Translations under genes and position numbers: made by a program
Notes under the pieces: generated by a model
The model's input: only the letters and a program-made list of their open reading frames with translations
Told to the model about the DNA's origin: nothing
The model's database searches: none
From: Desulfobacterales bacterium
Lineage (GTDB): Bacteria; Desulfobacterota; Desulfobulbia; Desulfobulbales; JAGXFP01
Assembly: GCA_024637225.1 (NCBI GenBank)
Contig: JAGXFP010000071.1
Span: forward strand, 48,784 to 112,783
Length of the DNA: 64,000 nucleotides
Direction: 5' to 3'
Shown: positions 44,917 through 55,600 of the stretch, in pieces
How positions within the stretch are numbered: the stretch's first letter is position 1
How the letters are laid out: each line of letters starts with the position of its first letter

Positions 44917-45406
44917 GGATTTTCCTCACGTATTTTGAGTTGCCGGCGGAGCAACTTTGTGCCGGCCTGAAATTTTCAATCGGGGAGCAAAAAATAAATA
45001 TACTAAATCGACCCTGATTTTTAAACGGCGAAAAAGAAAATATGAAAGAAAAGGAAGGGTAGGACGGCGCTCCATGATGAATAAAAAATAAAAAGAGATG
45101 GTAAGATATTAATATGCAGTAATAGTAGCCAGTTCTTTTGCATAAATACGACGTTAGCTGTAATGAAATCGTACAGTAAGGCATCTTTTGGCCATGTTTT
45201 TGTGATATCATGTAAAAATATGATAGATTTCGTTTAATTAAAGAAGACATTTCGTGTTTAAATATGATATAGTGTAGAAGGTTCAGATGTATATTAAAAC
45301 TAATTGAATAACTGTACTAAAATCTGACACCTATTCAAAAGAAGAGACGTTTTTGCGTTTAGAGGTTTTGTGTATGGAAGGCGAAACAGAAAGGGAGGAA
45401 GTAAAG

Positions 45407-46195
45407 ATGAAAAGGATGCTGACTTTATCGATAGTTGTTCTGTTATCCGTGCTGGCGGCAAACGTCCAGGCTGCTAATCTCAGTTTCAATCCAGATGCGG
45501 TGGAACTTGCCGTTTCTCCGGGAGCGCATGCCATTGCAACCATTGAGGCCAAACTTGACGCAGCCGGGTTTTGCGCTGTCGATATGGAAATAGATTTAAC
45601 CGATAGCCAAGGGAATCTGCCCCACGGCTGGTTTCCCCCTGCGAGAGTCCGCTTGGGAACCAGAACTGGTGTTGCGTCCGCCCCGGTCGCCCTTAAGGTT
45701 AATGTCCCTGCCGATGCCCCGGCCGGTAAGTATTCGGCTCGTGTAAAACCGCGAATTGCGCGAGCCACCGAGTCGGTGGAGAGCGATGATATTATTCTGG
45801 TCGTCCAGGTCCTTGCCGACAATAAATGCGACGGTTCCTTGGCATTCGAAAATGTGAAAGTCGGGCCCGAAAATATCTGGGCTCCGACCGACAAGGAAGT
45901 CATGATTGAATTGTCCGGGAATATTGTTGTCTCCCTCGGTTGCGAGGTTAAAGGGGTTTACAGTATGGAAAGCAATAATGGTCCCGTCGCCGGTAACCTC
46001 GATATCGAGGACGGAAGTTTTGTCCGGCAGTTTCCCGTAATGGTGTCCAAAACAGGAAAAGACAAGGAGGGTACGGCCTATCAGGGGACTCTGTCCATTG
46101 AAGATGAAGCGGGCAACAAGGCAATTCAGGGATTTCTTGTCACGGTGGACCATGATCGGGGCAAAGATGGGGAGCGGAATCCTAAAAACAAATAA
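45407..46195 (+). CDS. orphan secreted protein (262 aa, beta-rich, Ig-like by composition)
   Basis: Strong RBS GGGAGGAAG 8 nt before the ATG at 45407. Signal peptide MKRMLTLSIVVLLSVLAANVQA. No motif recognised. Flanked by AT-rich DNA and a terminator. Confidence 0.65.
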   Translation: MKRMLTLSIVVLLSVLAANVQAANLSFNPDAVELAVSPGAHAIATIEAKLDAAGFCAVDMEIDLTDSQGNLPHGWFPPARVRLGTRTGVASAPVALKVNVPADAPAGKYSARVKPRIARATESVESDDIILVVQVLADNKCDGSLAFENVKVGPENIWAPTDKEVMIELSGNIVVSLGCEVKGVYSMESNNGPVAGNLDIEDGSFVRQFPVMVSKTGKDKEGTAYQGTLSIEDEAGNKAIQGFLVTVDHDRGKDGERNPKNK

Positions 46196-46243
46196 TCATG
46201 CGCGCATGGCATTGTTGACCCTGCCGGAAAAATAAAACATGAT

Positions 46244-46268
46244 GGGCCGCCTTTGGCGGCCCTTTTTG
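46244..46268 (+). terminator. rho-independent terminator
   Basis: GGGCCGCC-TTTG-GCGGCCC followed by TTTTT. Confidence 0.75.
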
Positions 46269-46312
46269 TTAATTGGTTCCGGGCCGTTCGGTGTAACGGG
46301 GCAAAGAGTGGT

Positions 46313-46423
46313 GGTGGCGCAAAAAAGTCAGAAAACCGTTCCTTCGACAGGCTCAGGATGAGCGGAATAACTTTATTGACTTAACGTTCGTGCCGAACCT
46401 GTCGAGGTGCGCTTCATCAAGGC
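46313..46423 (+). mobile_element. MITE-like repeat, family 3
   Basis: GGTGGCGCAAAAAAGTCAG terminus. The core aligns with the reverse complement of 10838-10960. Confidence 0.7.
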
Positions 46424-46567
46424 TGATGAGTTTGCAAAAAATGATTTGTCACGTCATTGCGAGGAGCAAAGCGACGAAGCAATCAAGTTCTTTCAATAAG
46501 TTAGATGTTCCTGGATTGTTTTGCTATGCTAGCGATGACAGGTTTTTTGACTTTTTGCGAACTCATC
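46424..46567 (+). mobile_element. MITE-like repeat, family 2 (144 bp)
   Basis: GATGAGTTTGCAAAAAATG...CTTTTTGCGAACTCATC terminal inverted repeats. It aligns with the reverse complement of 4384-4525. Confidence 0.8.
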
Positions 46568-46744
46568 AAAAAGTTCAGATAGTGCTAAAAGCAAAAGTGA
46601 GACTAAATAAATTTTATGTTTGACGTTATTTTATTAAAACATTTTATATTTGTTTCCGAGTGAGTATAAAGGGGTTTGTTGTAAGATAGTTGTAAGTTCC
46701 TGAATTAAGAAGGAAAATCCTTGAGTGGGATTTACAGGTGATCC

Positions 46745-46760
46745 CGGTATAAAGATTGCT
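46745..46760 (+). promoter_or_regulatory. candidate sigma54 (-24/-12) promoter upstream of the minor-pilin operon
   Basis: CGGTATAAAGATTGCT has GG and TTGC at exactly the consensus spacing of TGGCAC-N5-TTGCW. It lies 59 nt upstream of the ATG at 46819. Confidence 0.3.
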
Positions 46761-46818
46761 TAGGTAAATAGTAAGTGGGATCAGGACAATTTAAATTCCG
46801 CTCAATAACGGATAATCC

Positions 46819-47514
46819 ATGAAAATAAACAAATCGACAGCTAAATCGGCAAACCGGGGCAGCCGGGGCTTTTCCCTGGTCGAATTGATGATCGTGGTCG
46901 CGATTCTCGGCATCCTGGCGGTTGCGGTCGGGGTGAATATCAATTCTGCCAATAGCAGGCTGAAGTCCTTTGTCTTCAACACCAAGGCCCGCTTCAATCA
47001 GACCCGTTTCGAGGCTGTCAAGCGCAGCCGCGATGTCTATCTTGAGTTTCATCTAAACATGGACGAGACTGGTTATTCGTCGACGGCGGCGCCGGACAAC
47101 GGTTTTACGATCTGGGTGGATGAAAATGGCGATGGAAACTATACTTCATGGGACATCGGGACGGATGATGACAACAGCAACGGCGAATGTGATGCGGGCG
47201 AGGGCGATTGTGTCTTATCCGTGGTTACGTTTCCCGCTGATGGTCCGGAGATCTATCGTCCCACCATCACCGGCGGGCCGGGTACGGACGGTCCGGGGTC
47301 AATTACCATCAGCAGCGACGGGGTGACTGCACCTAGTAATCGTTTCATGTTCAGGCCCGACGGTGACTGTCCCAATAATGGTTCTGTCTATTTTTATTAC
47401 CCTTCCGGCGGCAAGGTCGCGTCCGGCCCCTGGGCGATCATCGTCAATACTGTGGGCCGGATCCGGGTTGACGAATGGCGCTCCACCAACGGCTGGCAGG
47501 GTGATTTGCCTTGA
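46819..47514 (+). CDS. GspH/FimT-like type IV minor pilin
   Basis: Prepilin N-terminal cleavage/methylation motif RG|FSLVELMIVVAILGILA with Glu at +5. First gene of the cluster. Confidence 0.75.
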   Translation: MKINKSTAKSANRGSRGFSLVELMIVVAILGILAVAVGVNINSANSRLKSFVFNTKARFNQTRFEAVKRSRDVYLEFHLNMDETGYSSTAAPDNGFTIWVDENGDGNYTSWDIGTDDDNSNGECDAGEGDCVLSVVTFPADGPEIYRPTITGGPGTDGPGSITISSDGVTAPSNRFMFRPDGDCPNNGSVYFYYPSGGKVASGPWAIIVNTVGRIRVDEWRSTNGWQGDLP

Positions 47515-47555
47515 TTTTCTTAAGATCGCCGGTCTGCCCGGGAAAAGGAAAAGAT

Positions 47556-48539
47556 ATGGATGCCGGAACTATAAAGAAAAACGGTGGTTATACCCTGGTC
47601 GAGGTGATGGTCGCCATGGCCATCTCCCTTATTGTTCTGGCCGGGGTTTATAAAGCGATTGTCGATGAGAGCGTCAATTTCGAAAAAGATGAGGCGGTCC
47701 TGGATATGCAAAACAACGCCCGGGTCGCCATCGCCAGGATTGCCCGGGATATCCGCCGGACCGGTTTTTTCGGCTGCGGCGGCGAGCTTAGCGCCAATAC
47801 GGTGGCAGGTTTCAGTTTTCCCCCGACTTCCATTGTCTTCGCCGGTGACGATTCCACTAATTCCGCCATCGATGACGGCACCGATTCGATTACCCTGCAA
47901 TTTCTGGCCGGGGATGTTCCGGTCGATGTTGATACCCCTACTACCCTGCCGTCCGCAACAGACCCCATTACCCTTTACAGGAAGGCCTTTAATAATGGTG
48001 ACACCCTCTATGTCACTGATTGTGAGGAATACGCCATTTTTGATAAGACAAATGGTACGGAGCCCTCCAAGACTGTGGAACATGGAGTCAACTTGGGTCG
48101 GGCCTACGGGACGCCTCTGCCGGCCCGGGTCTATCGTTTCGAAACGGCTGTCTATCGGGTTAACGGCGCTCAGCTAAGAGATATAAATGGGCAGGTGATC
48201 GCTAACAATATCGAGGACCTGCAGTTCGAGTTTATCACCGATTCCGATGATGACGGTGAGCTAAACGATGAAAACTGGGCCAATACCTTTACCAATGCCG
48301 CCGATGTCCGGGCCATCCGGATCTGGGTGCTGGCCATGAGCGATACGGCCTATTCCTATACCGATACCAATACCTACGACTACCCGAACAGCCCTTATCA
48401 CAGCGGGACAGCTCCGTACAATACCAACGGAACCGGCGGCTCGCCCGCCTCCCAGACCGGGTTGTCCGCGGATCTAAAACATCGCTACCGGTATCTGGCT
48501 TCTACTATTGTCTACCTGCGTAACGCCGCGATTGTCTGA
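47556..48539 (+). CDS. pilW: PilW-like type IV minor pilin
   Basis: G|YTLVEVMVAMAISLIVL prepilin motif. Size and position are typical of PilW. The ATG at 47556 has an AAAGGAAAAG RBS. Confidence 0.7.
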   Translation: MDAGTIKKNGGYTLVEVMVAMAISLIVLAGVYKAIVDESVNFEKDEAVLDMQNNARVAIARIARDIRRTGFFGCGGELSANTVAGFSFPPTSIVFAGDDSTNSAIDDGTDSITLQFLAGDVPVDVDTPTTLPSATDPITLYRKAFNNGDTLYVTDCEEYAIFDKTNGTEPSKTVEHGVNLGRAYGTPLPARVYRFETAVYRVNGAQLRDINGQVIANNIEDLQFEFITDSDDDGELNDENWANTFTNAADVRAIRIWVLAMSDTAYSYTDTNTYDYPNSPYHSGTAPYNTNGTGGSPASQTGLSADLKHRYRYLASTIVYLRNAAIV

Positions 48540-48557
48540 GTCTTACAGGAGAGTTTT

Positions 48558-48983
48558 ATGAGAAGATCGTTTCTGCGTAATGAAAAAGGTTTCACCATCC
48601 TGGAGGCGGTGTTCGCCGCCGGCATTCTGGCCTTTGCCATCCTCAGTTATACGATGCTGAAAACCTCAAGCCGTTACAGCCAGGGTTTTTCCAAGCAGCT
48701 TTCCCAGGGCATCCAGCTGTCGGACTCGCAGATGGATGACTTCGCCCGACGCGGTTACAACGACGGTCTACTGACGGCCACGGCCGGCACGGCTGTCCAC
48801 CTGTATTCGGAGCTGGGGGATGCACTGGAAATCGGAGATTTTACCATGGGTGGCGCCACCTGGACCGTCAAGGAAGGCTGCCCCGGGGAATTAAGCAAGC
48901 TTATCACGTTTACCGGCCAGTGGAATATGCAGGCCGATCCTCCTAAAGAATTTCAAACCACTAGGGTGCAGGTGAGGCCATGA
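48558..48983 (+). CDS. pilV: PilV-like type IV minor pilin
   Basis: KG|FTILEAVFAAGILAF prepilin motif, 141 aa, AGGAGAG RBS. Confidence 0.65.
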   Translation: MRRSFLRNEKGFTILEAVFAAGILAFAILSYTMLKTSSRYSQGFSKQLSQGIQLSDSQMDDFARRGYNDGLLTATAGTAVHLYSELGDALEIGDFTMGGATWTVKEGCPGELSKLITFTGQWNMQADPPKEFQTTRVQVRP

Positions 48984-49585
48984 GAGGAACGAGAACAGTC
49001 GAATTGACGTCTTTGAATCAGCGGGGAATGGCGCTTGTTTCCGCCCTGCTGATGCTGGTGGTCCTTTCGCTGATGGCAATCGCTTTGAGCATGGACAGCT
49101 CGATGAATGTGCGGATTGCCGGATATGAGCGCCTCAAGGCCCGCTCCTTCGGGTTTGCCGAATCGGGCCTGATGGCCTCCACCGATCTGCTGGAAGATAA
49201 TATCCATGAGGCAGGCTGGGATGAGGCGCTCCCCTTTGAATACCCCAATCTCAGCTCCCTTTATACCGGCGATTCCGATGGGAATAAGATCGATATTGTC
49301 GGCAGCAGCGGGGTTTTTTATCTGGAGGCTAACCCCGGAGATTGTGGCGAGGGTGATCCGGTCATGGAAATGAGGGGCGATATCGAAGCCGATGTCGTTG
49401 TACAGCGGTTGATCGCCAAGGTCGCCACTGGCGGCGCCATGCAGGTGGCCGCCGGCTACGAAGGGGTCGGCAAGAGCCTTGGCGCCGGCGGCGCCCATAT
49501 TCTCTACAATATCCGCGCCGTCGGTATGGAAGCGAATGATACGGCTACGGAGCTGGCCATGCATTATCGGGTGGTAACGAATTAG
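48980..49585 (+). CDS. pilX: PilX-like pilus assembly protein
   Basis: N-terminus RGMALVSALLMLVVLSLMAIAL is the PilX_N-type hydrophobic segment and lacks Glu5. ATGA overlap with the preceding gene. Confidence 0.6.
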   Translation: MRGTRTVELTSLNQRGMALVSALLMLVVLSLMAIALSMDSSMNVRIAGYERLKARSFGFAESGLMASTDLLEDNIHEAGWDEALPFEYPNLSSLYTGDSDGNKIDIVGSSGVFYLEANPGDCGEGDPVMEMRGDIEADVVVQRLIAKVATGGAMQVAAGYEGVGKSLGAGGAHILYNIRAVGMEANDTATELAMHYRVVTN

Positions 49586-49660
49586 CCCCCGTTTTTTCAG
49601 GAATAGCATGGATCGGCAAGCTGATTCGGAGAACATCCGGGTCTTGGAGATCAGTTATAT

Positions 49661-52600
49661 ATGGAGCAAGGTAATGCCATGAAGGGGATGATCGGAAGAG
49701 AAGCCTGGAAGCTCGTGATTTTTGCAATTTTTCTGGGATTGCTGCCGGCTCTCAACGTCGGCGCGGTTAGGGCTGCCGGCGAGACCATGTCTGACTATAC
49801 GAAACTGCCGGCCTTTCTTGAAACCGGCTTAAAACCCAACCTGCTGCTGTTGATTGATAATTCGGCCAGCATGTACGATCCGGCCTATCTGGATCCGGTT
49901 GTTGAAGAACTGGATGCTCAAGGCGACCCCACCGGTAAGACATTATCCGGCGGGATCGATTTTTGTTTTGCCGATGATTACGACAATGCCGTGGCCTATG
50001 CCGGCTATTTCAGTCCGCTGGCGGAAATCTGGTATAGATATGTCGATTCCCCGTTCTGCTCCAATGACACTTACGCCAATGAGTCCGATTGTACGGCTAA
50101 TTCGGGAACATGGAATGATGCCGACGACCAGTTTATCCAGCTATCGAAGAGCGAAGCTGAAACTTTTTGTTCGGACGAAACCGGCATCGAATATGCCAGC
50201 GACGACCTGTGCATCACCGTTAACTCCGGAACAGACCCCGATACGGTGACGGCTTTTGCCGCCAAGGGCAGATTCCTGAACTGGCTGGCCGCCTCCAAGT
50301 TCGATGTCGAAAAGGAGATCCTCAGCGGCGGTAAATATCATCAAACCAATAACGAACTGATTATGGAAACCCGGGGCTGCATGGGCAAAAGGTTTGTCAA
50401 GTCTGAGGAGGTCTACCTCAACGGCGATTCCACCACCACCCCATATTATTCCACCTTTGCGATCAGGCCGCCCGATGACGGCTCAGACGGGACCGATGAG
50501 ATCACCGATGATCAGGCCTACAACGGCTCTTCGCACAACACCAGGATCGAGATATACAAAGTCAGTTTGACCGGGTTCGATGCCGATAGCTGTAATACCG
50601 TCATCTCGGAGTTCACCGAATCGCGGCCGGAGCTCGGCAGCATAACCTCGGTAATCGATACCTGTCTGGGCCCGGAGACCCCGGAGGAATCCGTGGTCTT
50701 GAACCACGTAACCCAGGAGTGCTGGTACTATAATGTCTTTGGTGTGTTTCAGTCGGGTGAGGGCTCGGTTACTTCGCTGAAGGGCAAATGCGAGGATATA
50801 TATAACGCCAGTTCCGGAGACAAACCGCCGCCCGACGATTACCAGAGTCCCGCCGAACTGTCGGCCGGCGAGCTGTGTTACGGTGAATACGATTCATCCC
50901 ATTCAGCAGGGGGCGAGCCTTGGGGGTCGGGCTACATGGGTCAGTGCTGGGAGGAGCAGTATGCTAGGTGGGACGATAATCCGTGCGTAGGCGACGGGAC
51001 CAATGTCTCGGCGGCCACCGCCATCCAGGACGCGAACGAATTCTGGTATTACTGCGCCGATAACGACAGCGATAGCGTGGATGAATATATCAGGTGCGGT
51101 AAAAACCAGCGACATTCCTGTCAAGCCAGCGACTGGACCGTATGGCAAACTCCCGTTTCAGCCGATCCATCCGGTGTGCCCGCGGAAGTATACTGGACCA
51201 ATGACGAGGTGGTAGCCGGCAGTGAGACCACCGCCAAGCAGGGCAACACTTGCGCGCAATATGCTCTGGAATCCTTTTGCACGGAACTGGATCAGCAAAC
51301 CACGGTTGATCCCTCCGATGGTATAAAGGGCTCAAACAGCGGAGCTAAAATCCCGGCGACCTTGGTGGATTACGCGGTGAGCGGCCAACTTGGCGACCCC
51401 CTGAAAACGCTGAAAGGCAGAGTGGTTCCGCCGCAAGAGCCGGTGGGCTTGATCAATGAATTCAAATACAACCTCCGCATGGGAGCGATGGTCTTTAACG
51501 ACGGCACCGCCACGGAGTGCGCCTCGGTGGAGGACCGTCCCGGCAGCGGGCGTTATGTGGCTTCTCTTTATGGTTGTATGGAAGTCGATCATACCAACGG
51601 CGCAATCCTGAGTAATCCTCCCAAAAAAGACGGGGGGCGGATAATTGCATATATCGATGAAGGTGACGGTCACATCGACTCACTGGTGGAGGCGATTAAC
51701 GATGTCAATGCCGATACCTGGACTCCGACCGCCGAGGCGATGTACAACGCGATCGGCTACTTTACCCAGGACAGCACCAATGACCTCCGGATCAACCCGC
51801 CGACCGGGGACCCTGCCCTGGGGTTTGGCGGCGATTTTATCCGCGATAGCGATTGGGGACTTAATTTCGGGGCCTCCGATATGAACGCCTGGGCGATCGG
51901 AACTCCCTACGCGAAAGGCGATATTGTCTATACGGCCGCCAATAAAATGGGCTATACCAAGCTTTATCGGGCCAAAAACGCCGGGACCTCCGCCTATTGC
52001 GCCGATTGCAGCTATATCGAGGAGGACAGCGGGGTGAAATGGATGCCTTATGACCCGGTCCAGGCCGGCTGCCAGAGCAACAATGTTCTTCTGATCACCG
52101 ACGGCGCCTCGACGGCCGATATCCATGGGAATGGTATCGCCTCCGGGATGACCGACTTCGTCACCGCGGGCAACGACGACAGCGATTTGGCCGCCACCTG
52201 GATTGCGACCGAGACCGAGCCGACAGATTACGAATGCATGAGCTGGATTGACAAAACGGGGGCGAGCAATACCGACGGCGTATTTGATTTTGGAGAACCG
52301 ATTGTCCATAAAAATTACGGCAGCACCCTGCTCGACGATCTGACTTACTATGGGCATAGCGGCTCGACAATTTATTCCCATTCGGCTATCGGCGGCGTCG
52401 ACAAGGAGCCGATCAAGACCCATATCGTCGCGGCCGGCACCCTGCGGAATGACGCTCCCGGTCTGGAATGTAATTCCCGGACCATTCTCAACTCGGCGGC
52501 CGACAACGGCGGCACCACTCTGGTTGAGGCCGCCGACCCCACCGACCTTGAAGAGAAATTGCGGGATGTTTTCGAGGCCATCGGCGGCGAGGTTTCGTCC

Positions 52601-55600
52601 GGTTCGGCCGCCTCGGTCATCTCCCACTCTCGTAGCGGTGACGGCGCGATTTATCAGGCGATCTTCTACCCCAAGCAGGTCGACGCCCAGATGAACGAGG
52701 TCGACTGGACTGGCGATGTCCATGCCTTGTGGCTTGACGCCCACGGCAATATCCGCGAGGATTGCGGCGCCACTGACTGTACGGGAACGACCGGCGATAA
52801 AACAATGAACCCCCGGGTTGACCGAATAGTGACGTTTTACACGGATGCCACCGGCTCCGCCATGGCAAGGTTGTTCAGCGATGCGAATGGCGACGGCAGT
52901 TACGATAATTCCGCCTCCTGTTCCGACCCGACCTATACCAATGAAGACGATTGCGAGGACAATTTCAAGGTCTGGAGCTACGCGGACAATCCTGATTTTG
53001 TCGATGATGGTGTCTTGTTGAAGGATTTGCTTTATATCTGGAGCGCCGCCGACTGGCTGGCCGACGCCTCGCCTGGCCAGAGAGCTTATGACAGCGTCGC
53101 TTCGGAGCGCTATATCTTCACGATGCTGCCTGACGCCAGCGGCAATCCAGACATGGTGGCTTTTACCACGAGCGCCCTTGGTCCGCCGAGTGGAGCGTTT
53201 ACAGCCGATGAGTATGACGGTTACTTAAACGCCTTCTCCTCGCTGGATTCCGATATAAACCGCACCGCTGACGGGATCGTCAACTATGTCCGGGGGCTGG
53301 ACCAGACCGGTTACCGGTCGAGGCAGATCGACTGGACCCCCTCGACCGGTCTGGAGACCGTTAAGCTGGGCGATATCATTCATTCCACCCCGACCCTGGT
53401 CGGATCGCCGGCGGAAAACTACGATGTAATCTATGGCGATCCCACCTATCGGAACTTTCGGAAAAAATATCAGAACCGGCGGGCGGTGATCTACGCCGGC
53501 GGCAACGACGGTGGCATGCACGCCTTTAACGGCGGCTATTACGACCGGCACAACAAGCGGTTTCTTAAGGCCCCGCCGGTGCCCGGGTCCGACCCGGTTG
53601 TCTACGAGACCCAATATGATCTGGCCGCCGAGTTATGGATGTATGTGCCGAAAAATATTTTACCGCATCTCCGCTGGCTGACCGATCATAATTATGGTGA
53701 CGGCCATGTCTATTATGTTGACGGCAAGCCCTATATCTTCGATGGCAAGATTTTCTCGGAAGAAGCGGCATGTACTGATGCCGATTTGACGAATGATGAC
53801 CAGTGTCTCCATCCCGGCGGCTGGGGCACGGTCCTGGTCGGCGGCATGCGCTTCGGCGGCGGTAATATCGGGGTGGACATTGATGGTGCCGGTGATGACG
53901 AGATCATTCGCTCCGCCTATTTTATTCTGGACATCACCAATCCCGAATATCCGCCGGTGGTCCTGGCGGAATTCACCGATGAGGACTTGGGATATACCAT
54001 CGGGTCGCCCACCGCCATTCCGATGTTGCGCTGCGATAAGAACACCGTCGCCGGCCTGGGCGACTGCAATACCAAGAACTGGCCGATGGACTGGTATCTG
54101 GCCTTCGGCTCCGGCCCCCACAGCGATGATCCGGTTCCGGCCGGCCCCCAGGAAGGGATGCGGGGGGTGAGCGACCAAAACGCCAAGCTTTATGTAATGA
54201 GGTTGGGCGGCACCAATACCAGCGGGCTGACCCCGGCCTCTCTCGGCCATCTCGGCAGCGGCCAGGTCGCCAGCGGCGTTGTCTCCTTCAGCAACCAGCC
54301 GATTCTGGTGAGTGTCAATGGCGTAACTTCCGGGCAATGCAGTGATCCTGCCCATACCACCGAGGCTGACTGTTTGGGCGCCGCGGAAATATGGATTAGC
54401 GATCCCTTTACACCCGGAGCCTGCAGTGATTTCACTTCGGCCGACGAGGCGGCTTGCCTGGCCGCCGGTAAGGTGTGGAACCCGGTTTCCTGTAAGGGTA
54501 TTCCCGGCGTTTGGGATACCTATTCCTCTTTTAACTGCGTGGGTTCCGGCCCGGGCCGCTATTGGGATCACTGGTGGGGATTGAATACTGGAAGGGGATG
54601 TTACGAGAGGACTTCCACCGAGGAGTGTCTGGCAAGGTCAGGTTGGTGGGTTCCGGGAAATAACGCTTCGGGGATATGCAGCGACACCCGGGATACGAGT
54701 AAAAGTGAGTGCTTGCGTTTTTACGGCACTTGGAAAAATACCTATCCGAATTCCTTTTTCGGCGATTTTATCGCGGTCGATTATGATCTGGACTTCAAGA
54801 CCGATACGCTTTATTTCGGTTCGGTCCTGGATACTCGGAGCTGGGCCGGCCATGAGGCCCACGGCGGCGCTTTGCATCGGCTGGTGAGCGGCGATAACCC
54901 CGACCCGGCCACCTGGAGCTTTAATCTGTTTTCCAACGTCGGCAGTCCGGTTGCCGCCGCCCCCTCGGTGGCCTCCGACGGCCAGCGGGCCTGGGTCTAT
55001 TTCGGCACCGGACGCTATTACTCCGCCGAGGAGGACAAGGCGATTGCCACCCCGTTCCAGCCCACCAGGTTTCTGGGGCTTAAGGAGCGCTACGGCGACG
55101 ACGGCAATATGGACCTTACCCTGCCGAACGGCGGCAATCTGGTCGATGTTACCGCGACCTGGGTCAAGCCGGGCGGGGAGCTCGTTTCACCTCCACCTTC
55201 AATCACGGGCGTTGGCACGTTCGATGAGTTGAACGTTAAAATCTCGGAACTGGATACCGACACGACGAATGACGACAAGGATATATATCACGGCTGGAAA
55301 ATCAATCTGGCCGGCCGGGAGCGGGTTATCGGCCAACCCGCCATTCTGGGGGATATCGTGACCTTCACCTCGTATATTCCATCGGATGACCCCTGTGAGC
55401 CCGATGGTACCAGTTACCTGTGGGCGGTATATTACCGGACCGGCACCGCTTACCATAAATCGGTTATCGGCACGAAGGTCAGGACTGAAGGCACCGAGGT
55501 CTTGAGAAAGGTCGGCCTCGGCAGCGGACTTTCCACCACCCCCAATATCCATGCCGGCGCCGGCGATGGTACCAAGGCCTTTGTCCAGAGCAGTACCGGC

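Noticed and set aside
44627-45250. 207-aa minus-strand ORF spanning the AT-rich tract
   Set aside because: It overlaps the purL N-terminal coding region out of frame. The AT-rich part gives low-complexity F/I/S/Y-rich sequence with no start context.
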